Assembly (NCBI GenBank): GCA_048213135.1
Contig: PS015092.1
Location: 41,594-76,009, forward strand
DNA length: 34,416 bases
Reading direction: 5' to 3'
From: Reclinomonas americana ATCC 50394
Lineage: Eukaryota
The notes beneath the pieces are model-generated. The model saw only the letters and a program-made list of their open reading frames with translations, did no database searches and was not told the origin of the DNA. Positions within the stretch are counted from its first letter, which is position 1. Each line of letters opens with the position of its first letter. Below, piece after piece: positions 24,701 to 34,406 of the stretch. The position numbers and the translations under genes are program-made.

Positions 24701-25076
24701 GTGGGGAAGAAGATGAGAAGAGACTGACGTGGAGTTGTGCAAGAAGAAGGCATGATACTCGAAGGAGTGGAGAGTAAGAGTGTTGAAATAGACGGGAAAG
24801 GAGATAGGCAGGTGTTGCTTGAGATTGATATGAGAAGACTGAAAGGGGTACGATGTACAGTAGCCTTGAGGATCGTGTAAGATTGCGCTCATGCATCGTT
24901 CTTTTCTGCTTTGGCTGCGCAGTCATCTGGACGCCAGGCTGATGCGGCGCATTCGAGTTGCGTTTTAAATCGTCGTCAATGTGGGTTACGGGCTGGAGAA
25001 AAACTGACGTGTACTGTCGCTATGTGCAGCTCCGAGCAAGTCACAAGCGGCAGCCAAGTTCGAGGATATTTTCTGA
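15786..25076 (+). CDS. NAK-family (AAK1/GAK/Ark1-Prk1-like) Ser/Thr kinase fused to a Sla2/HIP1-type ANTH domain and a SMAP-like ArfGAP domain
   Basis: Exons 15786-15855, 16400-16433, 16511-16598, 16731-16836, 16909-17051, 17118-17442, 18416-18528, 18603-18771, 18923-19072, 19140-19519, 19582-20023, 20121-20266, 20340-20412, 20472-20582, 21566-21665, 21735-21879, 21960-22038, 22112-22251, 22317-22517, 23366-23546, 23612-24054, 24923-24956 and 25030-25076 stay in frame. Kinase motifs: LAEGGFSVVY, YALKRM, HRDLKVENIL, KLCDFGS, TTPLYRAPEMIDLY. ANTH motifs: KATS...APKQKYVR, AFKTLVLIHRVLQEG, RMRFH..NPQFEG. ArfGAP motif: CADC-x16-CHKC-x4-R. Confidence 0.85.
20812..21064. repeat. Direct duplication of about 135 bp inside an intron of the kinase gene
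   Basis: aaatgagtgaagggagacaacgggcgg...ctaagaaagagaaacagga...caggagcc.gt.atgtg.cagcaagc occurs at about 20812 and 20947. Confidence 0.85.
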
Positions 25077-25506
25077 GGACTCTCTCGCCGCTCAACTCCC
25101 TAGACAAGATTGTGATTCTTTTCATCCTCGCTGTGTGTTGTTCGTACGTGTCTTTGCTTGTGTGCTGTTTTTGTGTGTGTTATGAGTACTTATGGCCATC
25201 TTTTCGTCTCTCTCTCGCTGCTTTCCTTTGTTGCTGCTACTGCTGCTTCTTTGTGCCGTTGTGGTGACTTCATATCTGTTTGTTTTGTCGGATCCCCGCA
25301 CAATGGATCTGGTGCCATTTTTTCGCCGTAGCTGCGTGAGGGATTGCATTCCGTTCATTTGAGAGGGAAGAATCGCGAGACACCAGAGGTATGTGCCTCA
25401 CAGATGCTTTTCGAGATGGATGCATCACTCCGCGACAACGAAACAACAGATAAAGAAGAAAGAAAAAAGTAAAGGAGCAGAGAAAACGAGAGGAGTAAAA
25501 CACGGC

Positions 25507-25667
25507 TCACAAGTGTGTCTCAGGGTCGACAAGCGATCGATGCACCACGACCTCTGCCTCCTCGACAATGAAGCAGCGCAGCACCATCTCCGGCAGGCAC
25601 CGGGAGTCCGATTCTTCCTCTTCCTGCTGCTCCTGCTGCATGTCCCGCACTGCCTGCATCGCTGAGT
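25507..25667 (-). CDS. C-terminal tail of a further WD40-family paralog or allele (partial, bounded by a gap)
   Basis: AMQAVRDMQQEQQEEEESDSRCLPEMVLRCFIVEEAEVVVHRSLVDPETHL* is homologous to the tails of the two neighbouring WD40 genes. Confidence 0.7.
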
Positions 25668-25947
25668 NNNNNNNNNNNNNNNNNNNNNNNNNNNNNNNNN
25701 NNNNNNNNNNNNNNNNNNNNNNNNNNNNNNNNNNNNNNNNNNNNNNNNNNNNNNNNNNNNNNNNNNNNNNNNNNNNNNNNNNNNNNNNNNNNNNNNNNNN
25801 NNNNNNNNNNNNNNNNNNNNNNNNNNNNNNNNNNNNNNNNNNNNNNNNNNNNNNNNNNNNNNNNNNNNNNNNNNNNNNNNNNNNNNNNNNNNNNNNNNNN
25901 NNNNNNNNNNNNNNNNNNNNNNNNNNNNNNNNNNNNNNNNNNNNNNN

Positions 25948-27869
25948 ACAATAAAGCATCGCAGCACCATCTCTGGCAGACATCGCGAGTCCGGCTCTCT
26001 CTGCCGCTGTCGCTGCATCTCCCGCACGGCCTGCATCGCCAAGCGTGCTGAGTTGAGCTCCTGCTGCGCGAGGCCGCACGGAGTGGACCACACTCTGATT
26101 GTGTTGTCATCACTCCCGCTCACGATGTGTTGACAATTGCGAGAGATGGCAACTGATGTGACGTGGTGAGTGTGTCCCTTTAAATGTTGTACTTCCTCCC
26201 CACTCGCCAGTGACCACACGCGCACTGTCTCGTCCCGTCCCCCACTGATAACAAACTGACAATTGGGAGTGACGGCGACAGACTCCACCTCACTGGTGTG
26301 TCCCTCCAACCGTTGCACTTGTTCTCCACTTGCGAGTGACCACACTCGCACTGTTCCGTCATCACTCCCACTGATAATATACTGACCATCGGGAGTGACG
26401 GCGACAGAACACACACAGCCGGTATGCCCTCTCAGCAGTTGCACTCGCTTTTTTTTGCCATCAATAGTGTACACACACACAGTCCTGTCCGCACTGCCAC
26501 TCACAATATGCTGGCCATCGGGAGTGACGGCGACAGACGTCACACTCGCGGTACGCACCGTGTACTGTCGCATTTCCTTGCCACTCGCCATGGACCACAC
26601 TCGCACGGTGCAGTCGTCACTCCCGCTCACCACTTGCCGACCATCGGGAGTGATGGCGACAGAGAGCACCGCAGCAGTGTGCCCCACCATTCGTCGCAGT
26701 TCCTCGCCGGTTGCCAGTGACCACACACGAACAGTCCTGTCGTGACTCCCGCTGACAGCGTGCACACCATCAGGAGTCCAAGTGATGGCGAGNNNNNNNN
26801 NNNNNNNNNNNNNNNNNNNNNNNNNNNNNNNNNNNNNNNNNNNNNNNNNNNNNNNNNNNNNNNNNNNNNNNNNNNNNNNNNNNNNNNNNNNNNNNNNNNN
26901 NNNNNNNNNNNNNNNNNNNNNNNNNNNNNNNNNNNNNNNNNNNNNNNNNNNNNNNNNNNNNNNNNNNNNNNNNNNNNNNNNNNNNNNNNNNNNNNNNNNN
27001 NNNNNNNNNNNNNNNNNNNNNNNNNNNNNNNNNNNNNNNNNNNNNNNNNNNNNNNNNNNNNNNNNNNNNNNNNNNNNNNNNNNNNNNNNNNNNNNNNNNN
27101 NNNNNNNNNNNNNNNNNNNNNNNNNNNNNNNNNNNNNNNNNNNNNNNNNNNNNNNNNNNNNNNNNNNNNNNNNNNNNNNNNNNNNNNNNNNNNNNNNNNN
27201 NNNNNNNNNNNNNNNNNNNNNNNNNNNNNNNNNNNNNNNNNNNNNNNNNNNNNNNNNNNNNNNNNNNNNNNNNNNNNNNNNNNNNNNNNNNNNNNNNNNN
27301 NNNNNNNNNNNNNNNNNNNNNNNNNNNNNNNNNNNNNNNNNNNNNNNNNNNNNNNNNNNNNNNNNNNNNNNNNNNNNNNNNNNNNNNNNNNNNNNNNNNN
27401 NNNNNNNNNNNNNNNNNNNNNNNNNNNNNNNNNNNNNNNNNNNNNNNNNNNNNNNNNNNNNNNNNNNNNNNNNNNNNNNNNNNNNNNNNNNNNNNNNNNN
27501 NNNNNNNNNNNNNNNNNNNNNNNNNNNNNNNNNNNNNNNNNNNNNNNNNNNNNNNNNNNNNNNNNNNNNNNNNNNNNNNNNNNNNNNNNNNNNNNNNNNN
27601 NNNNNNNNNNNNNNNNNNNNNNNNNNNNNNNNNNNNNNNNNNNNNNNNNNNNNNNNNNNNNNNNNNNNNNNAGAGTTCACCCGATTGGTGTGCCCTTCCA
27701 TTCGTCGCACTTCATCTCCACTTGCCAGTGACCACAGTTGCACTGTGCCATCATCACTCCCGCTTAAAACATATCGACCGTCAGGAGTGACAGCGACCGA
27801 ATGCACAAAGTCATCGTGCCCCTGCAGGACGCGCTGCGTGAGGAAGACAGGGCGAGAAGCGGTGGACAT
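25948..27869 (-). CDS. WD40-repeat protein copy B (gapped, probably 7 blades)
   Basis: MSTASRPVFLTQRVLQGHDDFVHSVAVTPDG..., with repeats GH...V.SVAVTPDG..VVSGS.D.TVRVW. The edges of gap 26793-27671 join as GHTNRVNS-LAITWTPDG. No introns in the visible sequence. Confidence 0.85.
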
Positions 27870-28009
27870 GGAGGGGGTGATAGAGAGAGGGAGGGAGGGT
27901 GGGAGAGAGGAGGGGGGGGGGGGAGGGGTGTGTGTGTGAGACGAGTGCGAGATGCAACGCGTGACAAATGAAGTGTCCCACTGCCGACTGGAAGTTATTG
28001 GTCAGGAGA
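27870..28009 (-). repeat. Duplicated 5' flank of the WD40 genes (matches about 29371-29507)
   Basis: ggagggggtgatagagagagggagggagggtggg...gcaacgcgtgacaaatgaagtgtcccactgccg...gaagtta.tg.tcaggaga is shared by both copies. Confidence 0.9.
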
Positions 28010-28278
28010 GAAATTAATTCAGCGGAAGGAAATATCAAAGTTGCAAACGCTTCATTCTTTTGCAGGGTGAGACGGCAACAACACGAAGAACGACAACACC
28101 TCCATCAACGTTGGAGAGAGGAGGAGGAGGAGGAGGATTAGCACGAATACATCAACAACAACAACAACAAGAAGAAGAAGAAGAAGAAGAAGAAAAAGAA
28201 GTAGACGAAAAGTTGGAGCAGTGACAACGAGAAGAGGGGAAAAGCACACGTGATAGAAACAGACAGCTGCAGCTCGGC

Positions 28279-29370
28279 TCACAGATATATATCCGGGTCG
28301 GCAAACGATCGATGCACCACCACGGCCGCCTCCTCGACAATAAAGCATCGCAGCACCATCTCTGGCAGGCATCGGGAGTCCGGCTCTTCCTCTTCATCCT
28401 GTTGCGGCATCATCTCCCGCACCGCCTGCATCGCCACGCGTGCTGCTTCGAACTCCTGCTGCGCGAGGCCGCACAGGGTGGACCACACGAAGACTGCCCT
28501 GTCACTCCCACATACCACACGCTGACCATCGGGAGAGACAGCAACAGATCTCACCCAGCCAGTGTGTCCTTCCAACCGTTGCACTTCCTCCCCACTCGCC
28601 AGTGACCACACTCTCACTGTCTTGCCCCCGCCGCTGATAACAAACTGACCATCGGGAGTGACGGCGACAGAGAATACCGCATCAGTGTGTCCCCACACTC
28701 GTCGCACTATTTCGCCACTCGCCAGTGACCACACGTACACCGAGTTGTCACGACTACCGCTCACAACGTGCTGCCCGTCGCGGGTGACAGCGACAGACAT
28801 CACATCATAATCGTGTCCCTCCAAGAGCCTCACTTGTTTGCCAGTCCCCAGCAACCACACTCGCACTGTCCTGTCCACACTTCCGCTCACAACATGCTGA
28901 CCATCGGGAGTGACGACAACTGAAATCACACTATTAGTGTGCCCCTTCAACCGTCGCACTCTCCTGTTGCCAGCAATGGGGCACACGCGCACTGTCTCGT
29001 CAAAGCTCCCGCTCAAGACAAACTGGCTGTCGGGAGTGACAGCAACACAGTAAACCTCCCCAGCGTGTCCCTCCAGTCGTCGCATTTCTTCTCCAGTCGC
29101 CAAAGACCACACACGCACTGTCTCGTCCCGACTCCCACTCACGACGTGCTCACCATCGGGCGTGACAGCGACAGAGTACACCCGGTGAGTGTGTCCTTCC
29201 AATCGGCGCTCCTCCTCGGCACTCGCCAGTGACCACACTCGCACTGTGCCATTATCACTCCCACTCACAACATGTCGACCATCGGGAGTGACGGCGACCG
29301 AATGCACAAAGTCATCGTGCCCCTGCAGCACGCGCTGCGTGAGGAAGACAGGGCGAGAAGCGCTGGACAT
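28279..29370 (-). CDS. Intronless 7-blade WD40 protein copy A (363 aa) with a conserved C-terminal tail
   Basis: ATG at 29370 (MSSASRPVFLTQR) aligns with the copy B start. Seven highly similar WD40 repeats are followed by the tail STLCGLAQQEF...DSRCLPEMVLRCFIV. Confidence 0.9.
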   Translation of the reverse strand: MSSASRPVFLTQRVLQGHDDFVHSVAVTPDGRHVVSGSDNGTVRVWSLASAEEERRLEGHTHRVYSVAVTPDGEHVVSGSRDETVRVWSLATGEEMRRLEGHAGEVYCVAVTPDSQFVLSGSFDETVRVCPIAGNRRVRRLKGHTNSVISVVVTPDGQHVVSGSVDRTVRVWLLGTGKQVRLLEGHDYDVMSVAVTRDGQHVVSGSRDNSVYVWSLASGEIVRRVWGHTDAVFSVAVTPDGQFVISGGGKTVRVWSLASGEEVQRLEGHTGWVRSVAVSPDGQRVVCGSDRAVFVWSTLCGLAQQEFEAARVAMQAVREMMPQQDEEEEPDSRCLPEMVLRCFIVEEAAVVVHRSFADPDIYL

Positions 29371-29633
29371 GGAGGGGGTGATAGAGAGAGGGAGGGAGGG
29401 TGGGAGAGAGAGAGGGGGGAGGGGTGTGTGAGAGTGCGAGACGCAACGCGTGACAAATGAAGTGTCCCACTGCCGCCTGACGTTTTGGAAGTTAGTGATC
29501 AGGAGACCCGCTCCCTGCCCCGAAGTAACGTCCACTTTCACTCTCCATCCGTGAGGACGGGAGTACCTCCGTGGCACACTCCAAGCCCAGACAAGACCTC
29601 AGCAACTCACACCTTTTATATGCATTCAACAAC

Positions 29634-31400
29634 TCAAAAATACGCTCGGAACAACTCTGCCGACTTGACATTGCTGTTGTACACGAGAGGGGCCAGCTCG
29701 GCGCCGAGTGTCGTCAACATGGTGACAATGTCTTCTGGATTGCCGTACTGCGACTTGTGCTGCGATGCACGTGATGAGAGGCGGGGGGGATGAGAATACA
29801 GTTCTGTGACGCACCATTTGGAAGGCCTTGATCTTGGCCTGGAGCACCGACGAGATGTCCACGTAGTGCGTGGCACCGACGACAAAGTCCCACATATAAT
29901 ACTACCCACAGGGAATATCAGTCTGTGACACCATCAAATGCACGCCTTGCGCGTTCACACACACCTCGGCCTGCACCGGTGGCTTCGGACCGGCGTCGGG
30001 GAACAAGCGTGCGACACCGGCATCAAACTGCGCATCGAGCGTGCGCTGCCCCACACACTGGTGGTCCGGGTGGTAGCCGAGATCGCCCCACCCAGCCGAC
30101 GGTCGCAGCGTGAACTCGGGGAACGGATACCACGACATGATGGCGGCCGGCGCCAGCGTGCGAATGATGCGCACCAACTGCTCCCGCAGCACTTCCTCGG
30201 GAATGCTCGTCGCCATGCCGTCTTCGTAGTCCAGCATGATCACATTGGACGACGGCACGCCCAGCACCGCCGCCGCACTCAGCGCTTCCGCAGAACGCAA
30301 CACGGCGATCTGCGGGCTCGTCATGTTGGCGCAAATCGAGCTCTTTGTAGTGTGAAGGAAAGTGGGATGTGCGAGTCAGAGAGATTGCGCGAGGGAAAGG
30401 GAAGGGAAGAAACAGACCGAGCAGCCCTTGTCGCCGTTCGTGACAATGACATAGTACACCTCGGTGCCCTGCTGCGTGAGGAGCTTGACGAGGCCGCCAG
30501 CACTCGCCTCAATGTCGTCGGGGTGCGCCGAGATCATCAGCACGCGCTTGCCACCGGCCCATCGAGAAATGTTTAGCGGTTGTGGGGCGTCGCCACCGAT
30601 GGGCGATGACGAGGAGGAGGAGGAGGAGGAAGGAGTGTTGAGCTGGAGGCCGCAGGCGGTGATTGCCGCGAGAGTGAGGCAGAGGGTGGCGATGAGGAGG
30701 CGATGGTACTGTGAAGGGGAGAGGGGGGAAGGGGTGAAAGGGGGAAGGGAGAGTGAGGAGAAGTGTGTGACTGGCGCCGGTCCATACTTGAGTGCCCGCA
30801 GGTCAGCACAGGTGCGCGGAAGGGTGCAAAAGATTGCGGAAAAGTACAGGAATGAGGATAAGTGTGTGATTGTGAGTGCATATCCACACCTGAGTATAAG
30901 CACATCGCCTGCAGTGCGTGGAAGAGTGCAGAAGTGTGCACGAAAGTGCAGAAGGTTTTGTTGGAGAAATGAGTGTATCTGAAGTAAAGTGTGCGGAAAG
31001 TGTGCGATTGTGAGTGCGTATCAACATCTGGGCACAGGCAAGTCACCAGAGGTGCGTGGAAGAGTGCAGAAGTGTGCACGAGAGAGCAGAAGGTTGCGTT
31101 TGAGAAATGAGTGTATCTGAAGTAAAGTGTGCGGAAAGTGTGTGATTATGAGTGCGTATACAAGTCAGGGCACAGACAGGTCACCTAAAGTGTGCAGAAG
31201 GGTGCAGAAGAGTGCAGAAGTGTGCAGGAGTATGCAGAAGGCTGAATTCGAAAAATGAGTGTGTCAGTGTGCGGAAAGTGTGCGATTGTGAGTGCGTATC
31301 ACAAACAGGCCACTTACAATGTGCAGAAGAGTGCAGAAGTGTGCAGAAGTGTGCAACAAAGCGAAGCGCGGGACAAGCCAAATCGCTCACTCCCTCACAC

Positions 31401-31457
<57 letters not shown>

Positions 31458-31469
31458 TGCACTCACCAT
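29634..31469 (-). CDS. Secreted PIG-L/LmbE-family zinc-dependent N-deacetylase
   Basis: Exons 31469-31467 (ATG only), 30708-30418, 30342-29965, 29901-29815 and 29759-29634. Motifs: SAHPDD, VTNGDKG, R..E...AA..LGV, YHPDH, KIKAF.MHKSQ. The N-terminus MYHRLLIATLCLTLAAITACG looks like a signal peptide. Confidence 0.85.
30850..31360. repeat. Degenerate tandem repeat of about 140-150 bp (3-4 copies) in the first intron of the deacetylase
   Basis: gaagagtgcagaagtgtgca...aaatgagtgt...gtgtgcggaaagtgtg.gatt.tgagtgcgtat recurs. Confidence 0.85.
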
Positions 31470-31562
31470 TCTCACTATATAAGTCGGAGAAATAATCCAC
31501 TTACTTGATCGACTCTTTTCAGTATTTCTTGCTTGTTTTCTGAGGGAGAGAGAGAGAGAGTA

Positions 31563-31985
31563 ATGACGACCGAGTTTCAACTGGTACCACTGGAGGAGCC
31601 GGAGGTGATTGAGTGCAAGGAGGCCTTTGCACTCTTTGATCGGTGAGTGTGTGTGTGTGAGTGAGAGAGTGAGCGCGCGGAGAAAACAAAGAGTGATGTG
31701 TCTCAACCACGAACCGCCATGTCGCACACTCACACTGACACCTACGCACGCGCACAGAGAGTGAGTGAGAGAGAGATGACGCGGAAGAGAGAGTGAGATG
31801 AGAGAGAGAAGCGTGTGAGAAGGAGAGGGAGTAATTGTGTGCACACTCACTCTCTTCACTCACTCTCTCTCACACGTGCACAGAGAGAGAGATAGAGAGT
31901 TTGAGGGCAAAGTCTTTAGGCGTCCATAGGCGTCGCCTTGAATGATGTTTCCCCTTCACTCTCCCACTGCACATGCACTCTTTTT

Positions 31986-32071
<86 letters not shown>

Positions 32072-34105
32072 GTGTATTCCCGTAACTTTCTTGCACGCGC
32101 ACATTGTCACATCTTCTTCTTTTTCTGGTTCTTGCTCATACTCTTTTCCTTCTGCTTCCCATCCTCCTTCATCTCCTTCTTCTTCTCCTCTCCTCCTCCT
32201 CCTCCTCCTTCTTTTTCTTCTGGTTCTTGCTCATTCTCTTCTCCTTCTGCTTCCCATACTCCTTAATCTCCTTCCTTCTCCTTTATCTTCTTCTTTTCTT
32301 CCTCCTCCTCCTCCTCCTCTTCCTCTTCTTCTTCCTCCTCCTCCTCCTCTCTCTCTCTCATTCTTCTTCTCCCTCCGCTTCCTCTTCTTATCTTCGTTTG
32401 TTTTCTTCAGTGACGCGGACGGTTTCATTTCCATTGACGATTTGGCGATTGTGATGCGATCGTTGGGAACGGCGCCGACGACGGATGAGCTCAAGAAGTT
32501 CTGCACGGTGAGTGGTTGGTTGCAGGTTGAGCGCGTGCTTTGCTTGTTTGTTCTCTCTTGTGTGTGTTTGTACGCGAGTGACGAACCGTCAACCGGTCTT
32601 TGCTTCGTCTTTTGTACTGTCCCTGGTAGCTTGGCTTTCCCGTCCTCATGCTCTGTGTTTCGTCATGCCTATCCTTTCCTTTTCACTCTTGTTCGTTCTT
32701 ACTCTTCTGCCGTCCATCCGCTTCCTCTCGTTCCGCGTTGATGTACTGCGCCATCCTCATGCATGCGTTTCGGCATTCCACTCTTTCTCTTGCTCGCTTG
32801 CTCCCCCGCACCCGCTACATTTCTCGACTCCCTCTCGTTTTCCGAAACTGTACCATCCTCATGCATGTGTTTCGGCGTTCCACTCTTTCTTTTGCTCGCT
32901 TGCTCGCTCGCGCTCCCTGCATTCCTCGATTCCCTCTTGTTTGTCGTGTGCTTGTCATGATTACGCTATCCTCATGCTTTGTATGTCGGCATGCCTTTCT
33001 TTTCCTTCACTCTCTCTTTCTCGTTTTTTACTCTTCTGCCTTCCTCCACATCCTCTCGTTTCCCGTAACTGCGCCATCCTCATGCGTTGTGTTTCAGCAT
33101 GCGACTCTTTCTCTTCGTCACTCTCTTGCTCACACGCACTCCTGTTCTTCCTGCCTTCCCCCACATCCTCTCGTTTCCCGTAACTGCGCTTTGTGTTTCG
33201 GCATGTCTCTCTTTCTCTTCGTCATTTTCTTGCTCACACGCCCTCCTTCTCTTCCTGCATTCCTCCACTCCTCTCGTTTGTCTCGCTCGTGTCACGACTG
33301 CGATGCAGTTTCTCGCTTCCTGTGAACTTCTTCTTCGTTTCCTCATTGACGCTGTGGTTGCGCCATCCTCGTGTTTCCCTTTCGTGTTCTCCCTCGTACC
33401 GGCACGCTTTCGCTGCCTCTCGTTTTCACGTTGATGCTGCGGCTGCGCCGACACACGCTTCTTTTCGCGTCTTTGTGCACTTCCTTGTGCATTGTTACTG
33501 CTGTGGTTCTCTGCCGCGATCATCTTTGGTACGCGAGTCAGTTCCCGCGTTTCATCCGTGGCTTTGCGATTGCTCGTATCTTGCATGCCCTCCCATCCTT
33601 CCCTCCTTCCCTCCCTTTCCCCTGTTCCCTCCTCCTCCCCCCATCGCTCATCCCACTTTCCCCCCTCAGGAAAACCAAACGATTCGCGATCGCGGCCTCG
33701 TCTCCTTTGACGAGTTCCTGCTGCTGATGCGGTGAGCTCCCCATCTCCCCCCCCTTCCCTTCCCCCCTTCTCCCCTTTCCATCCCCGCCTCACCCACTGC
33801 CACCCACCAGGTACAAGCTCAGCGAGGTGGAGAGCGACGACTACATTGTCGAGGCCTTCCGGCATCTGGACTCGGAGAACAGCGGCTACTGCTCCTCGGC
33901 CGAGATTCGTCACATTTTCAAGAACATTGGCGACAAGATGACCGACGCCGAGGTGCATTCCCCCAAACACACTTACCTCTAATACTCTCTTCTCCTCATG
34001 CTCCCCTCGCACACCCGCACACAGATCGACGACATGTTCCAGGAGGCCGGCGTCGAGGGCAGCCTCGTCAGCTTTGAGGAGTTCATGCGCATGATGAGCC
34101 GATAA
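31563..34105 (+). CDS. Calmodulin-like / myosin light chain-like EF-hand protein (153 aa)
   Basis: Exons 31563-31642, 32411-32507, 33670-33731, 33811-33952 and 34025-34105: ECKEAFALFDRDADGFISIDDLAIVMRSLG...FDEFLLLM...EAFRHLDSENSGY...IGDKMTDAEIDDM...VSFEEFMRMM*. Confidence 0.9.
32745..33300. repeat. Degenerate pyrimidine-rich tandem repeat of about 105-115 bp in intron 2 of the calmodulin-like gene
   Basis: ccatcctcatgc...tttcggc.t...ctctttctct...ttgctc recurs about 5 times. Confidence 0.75.
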
Positions 34106-34371
34106 GCAGCCGCCTCTCCCCTGCAACAACACACACACACACTTTTTGTTCCCCCGTGATGATCGTCTACCTCTGCCCCCCCACCGCGCGACAAGTGCGG
34201 AGAGAGAGAGAGAGGAGACACGAAATGTACACATACTCCTGTCAGTGATCGATCCAATCAATAGACGACGCATGACCGGTTTTGCTTGTTGTTTGTTTGT
34301 TCATGAGCTTCATTCACTCATACGAGGGCCAGTTTGGCGGTGCCTCTGGTGAGTGTAATGAGTGGCACACA

Positions 34372-34406
<35 letters not shown>

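Noticed and set aside
29371-29577. N-terminal extension of the WD40 ORF to 29577
   Set aside because: The paralog aligns from the ATG at 29370, and the upstream duplicated flank has indels and low complexity, so it is non-coding.
29480-29630. GC-rich stretch with small hairpins between the deacetylase and WD40 genes, considered as a riboswitch or ncRNA
   Set aside because: No convincing TPP, snRNA, SRP or ribozyme consensus. An Rfam/Infernal scan would be needed.
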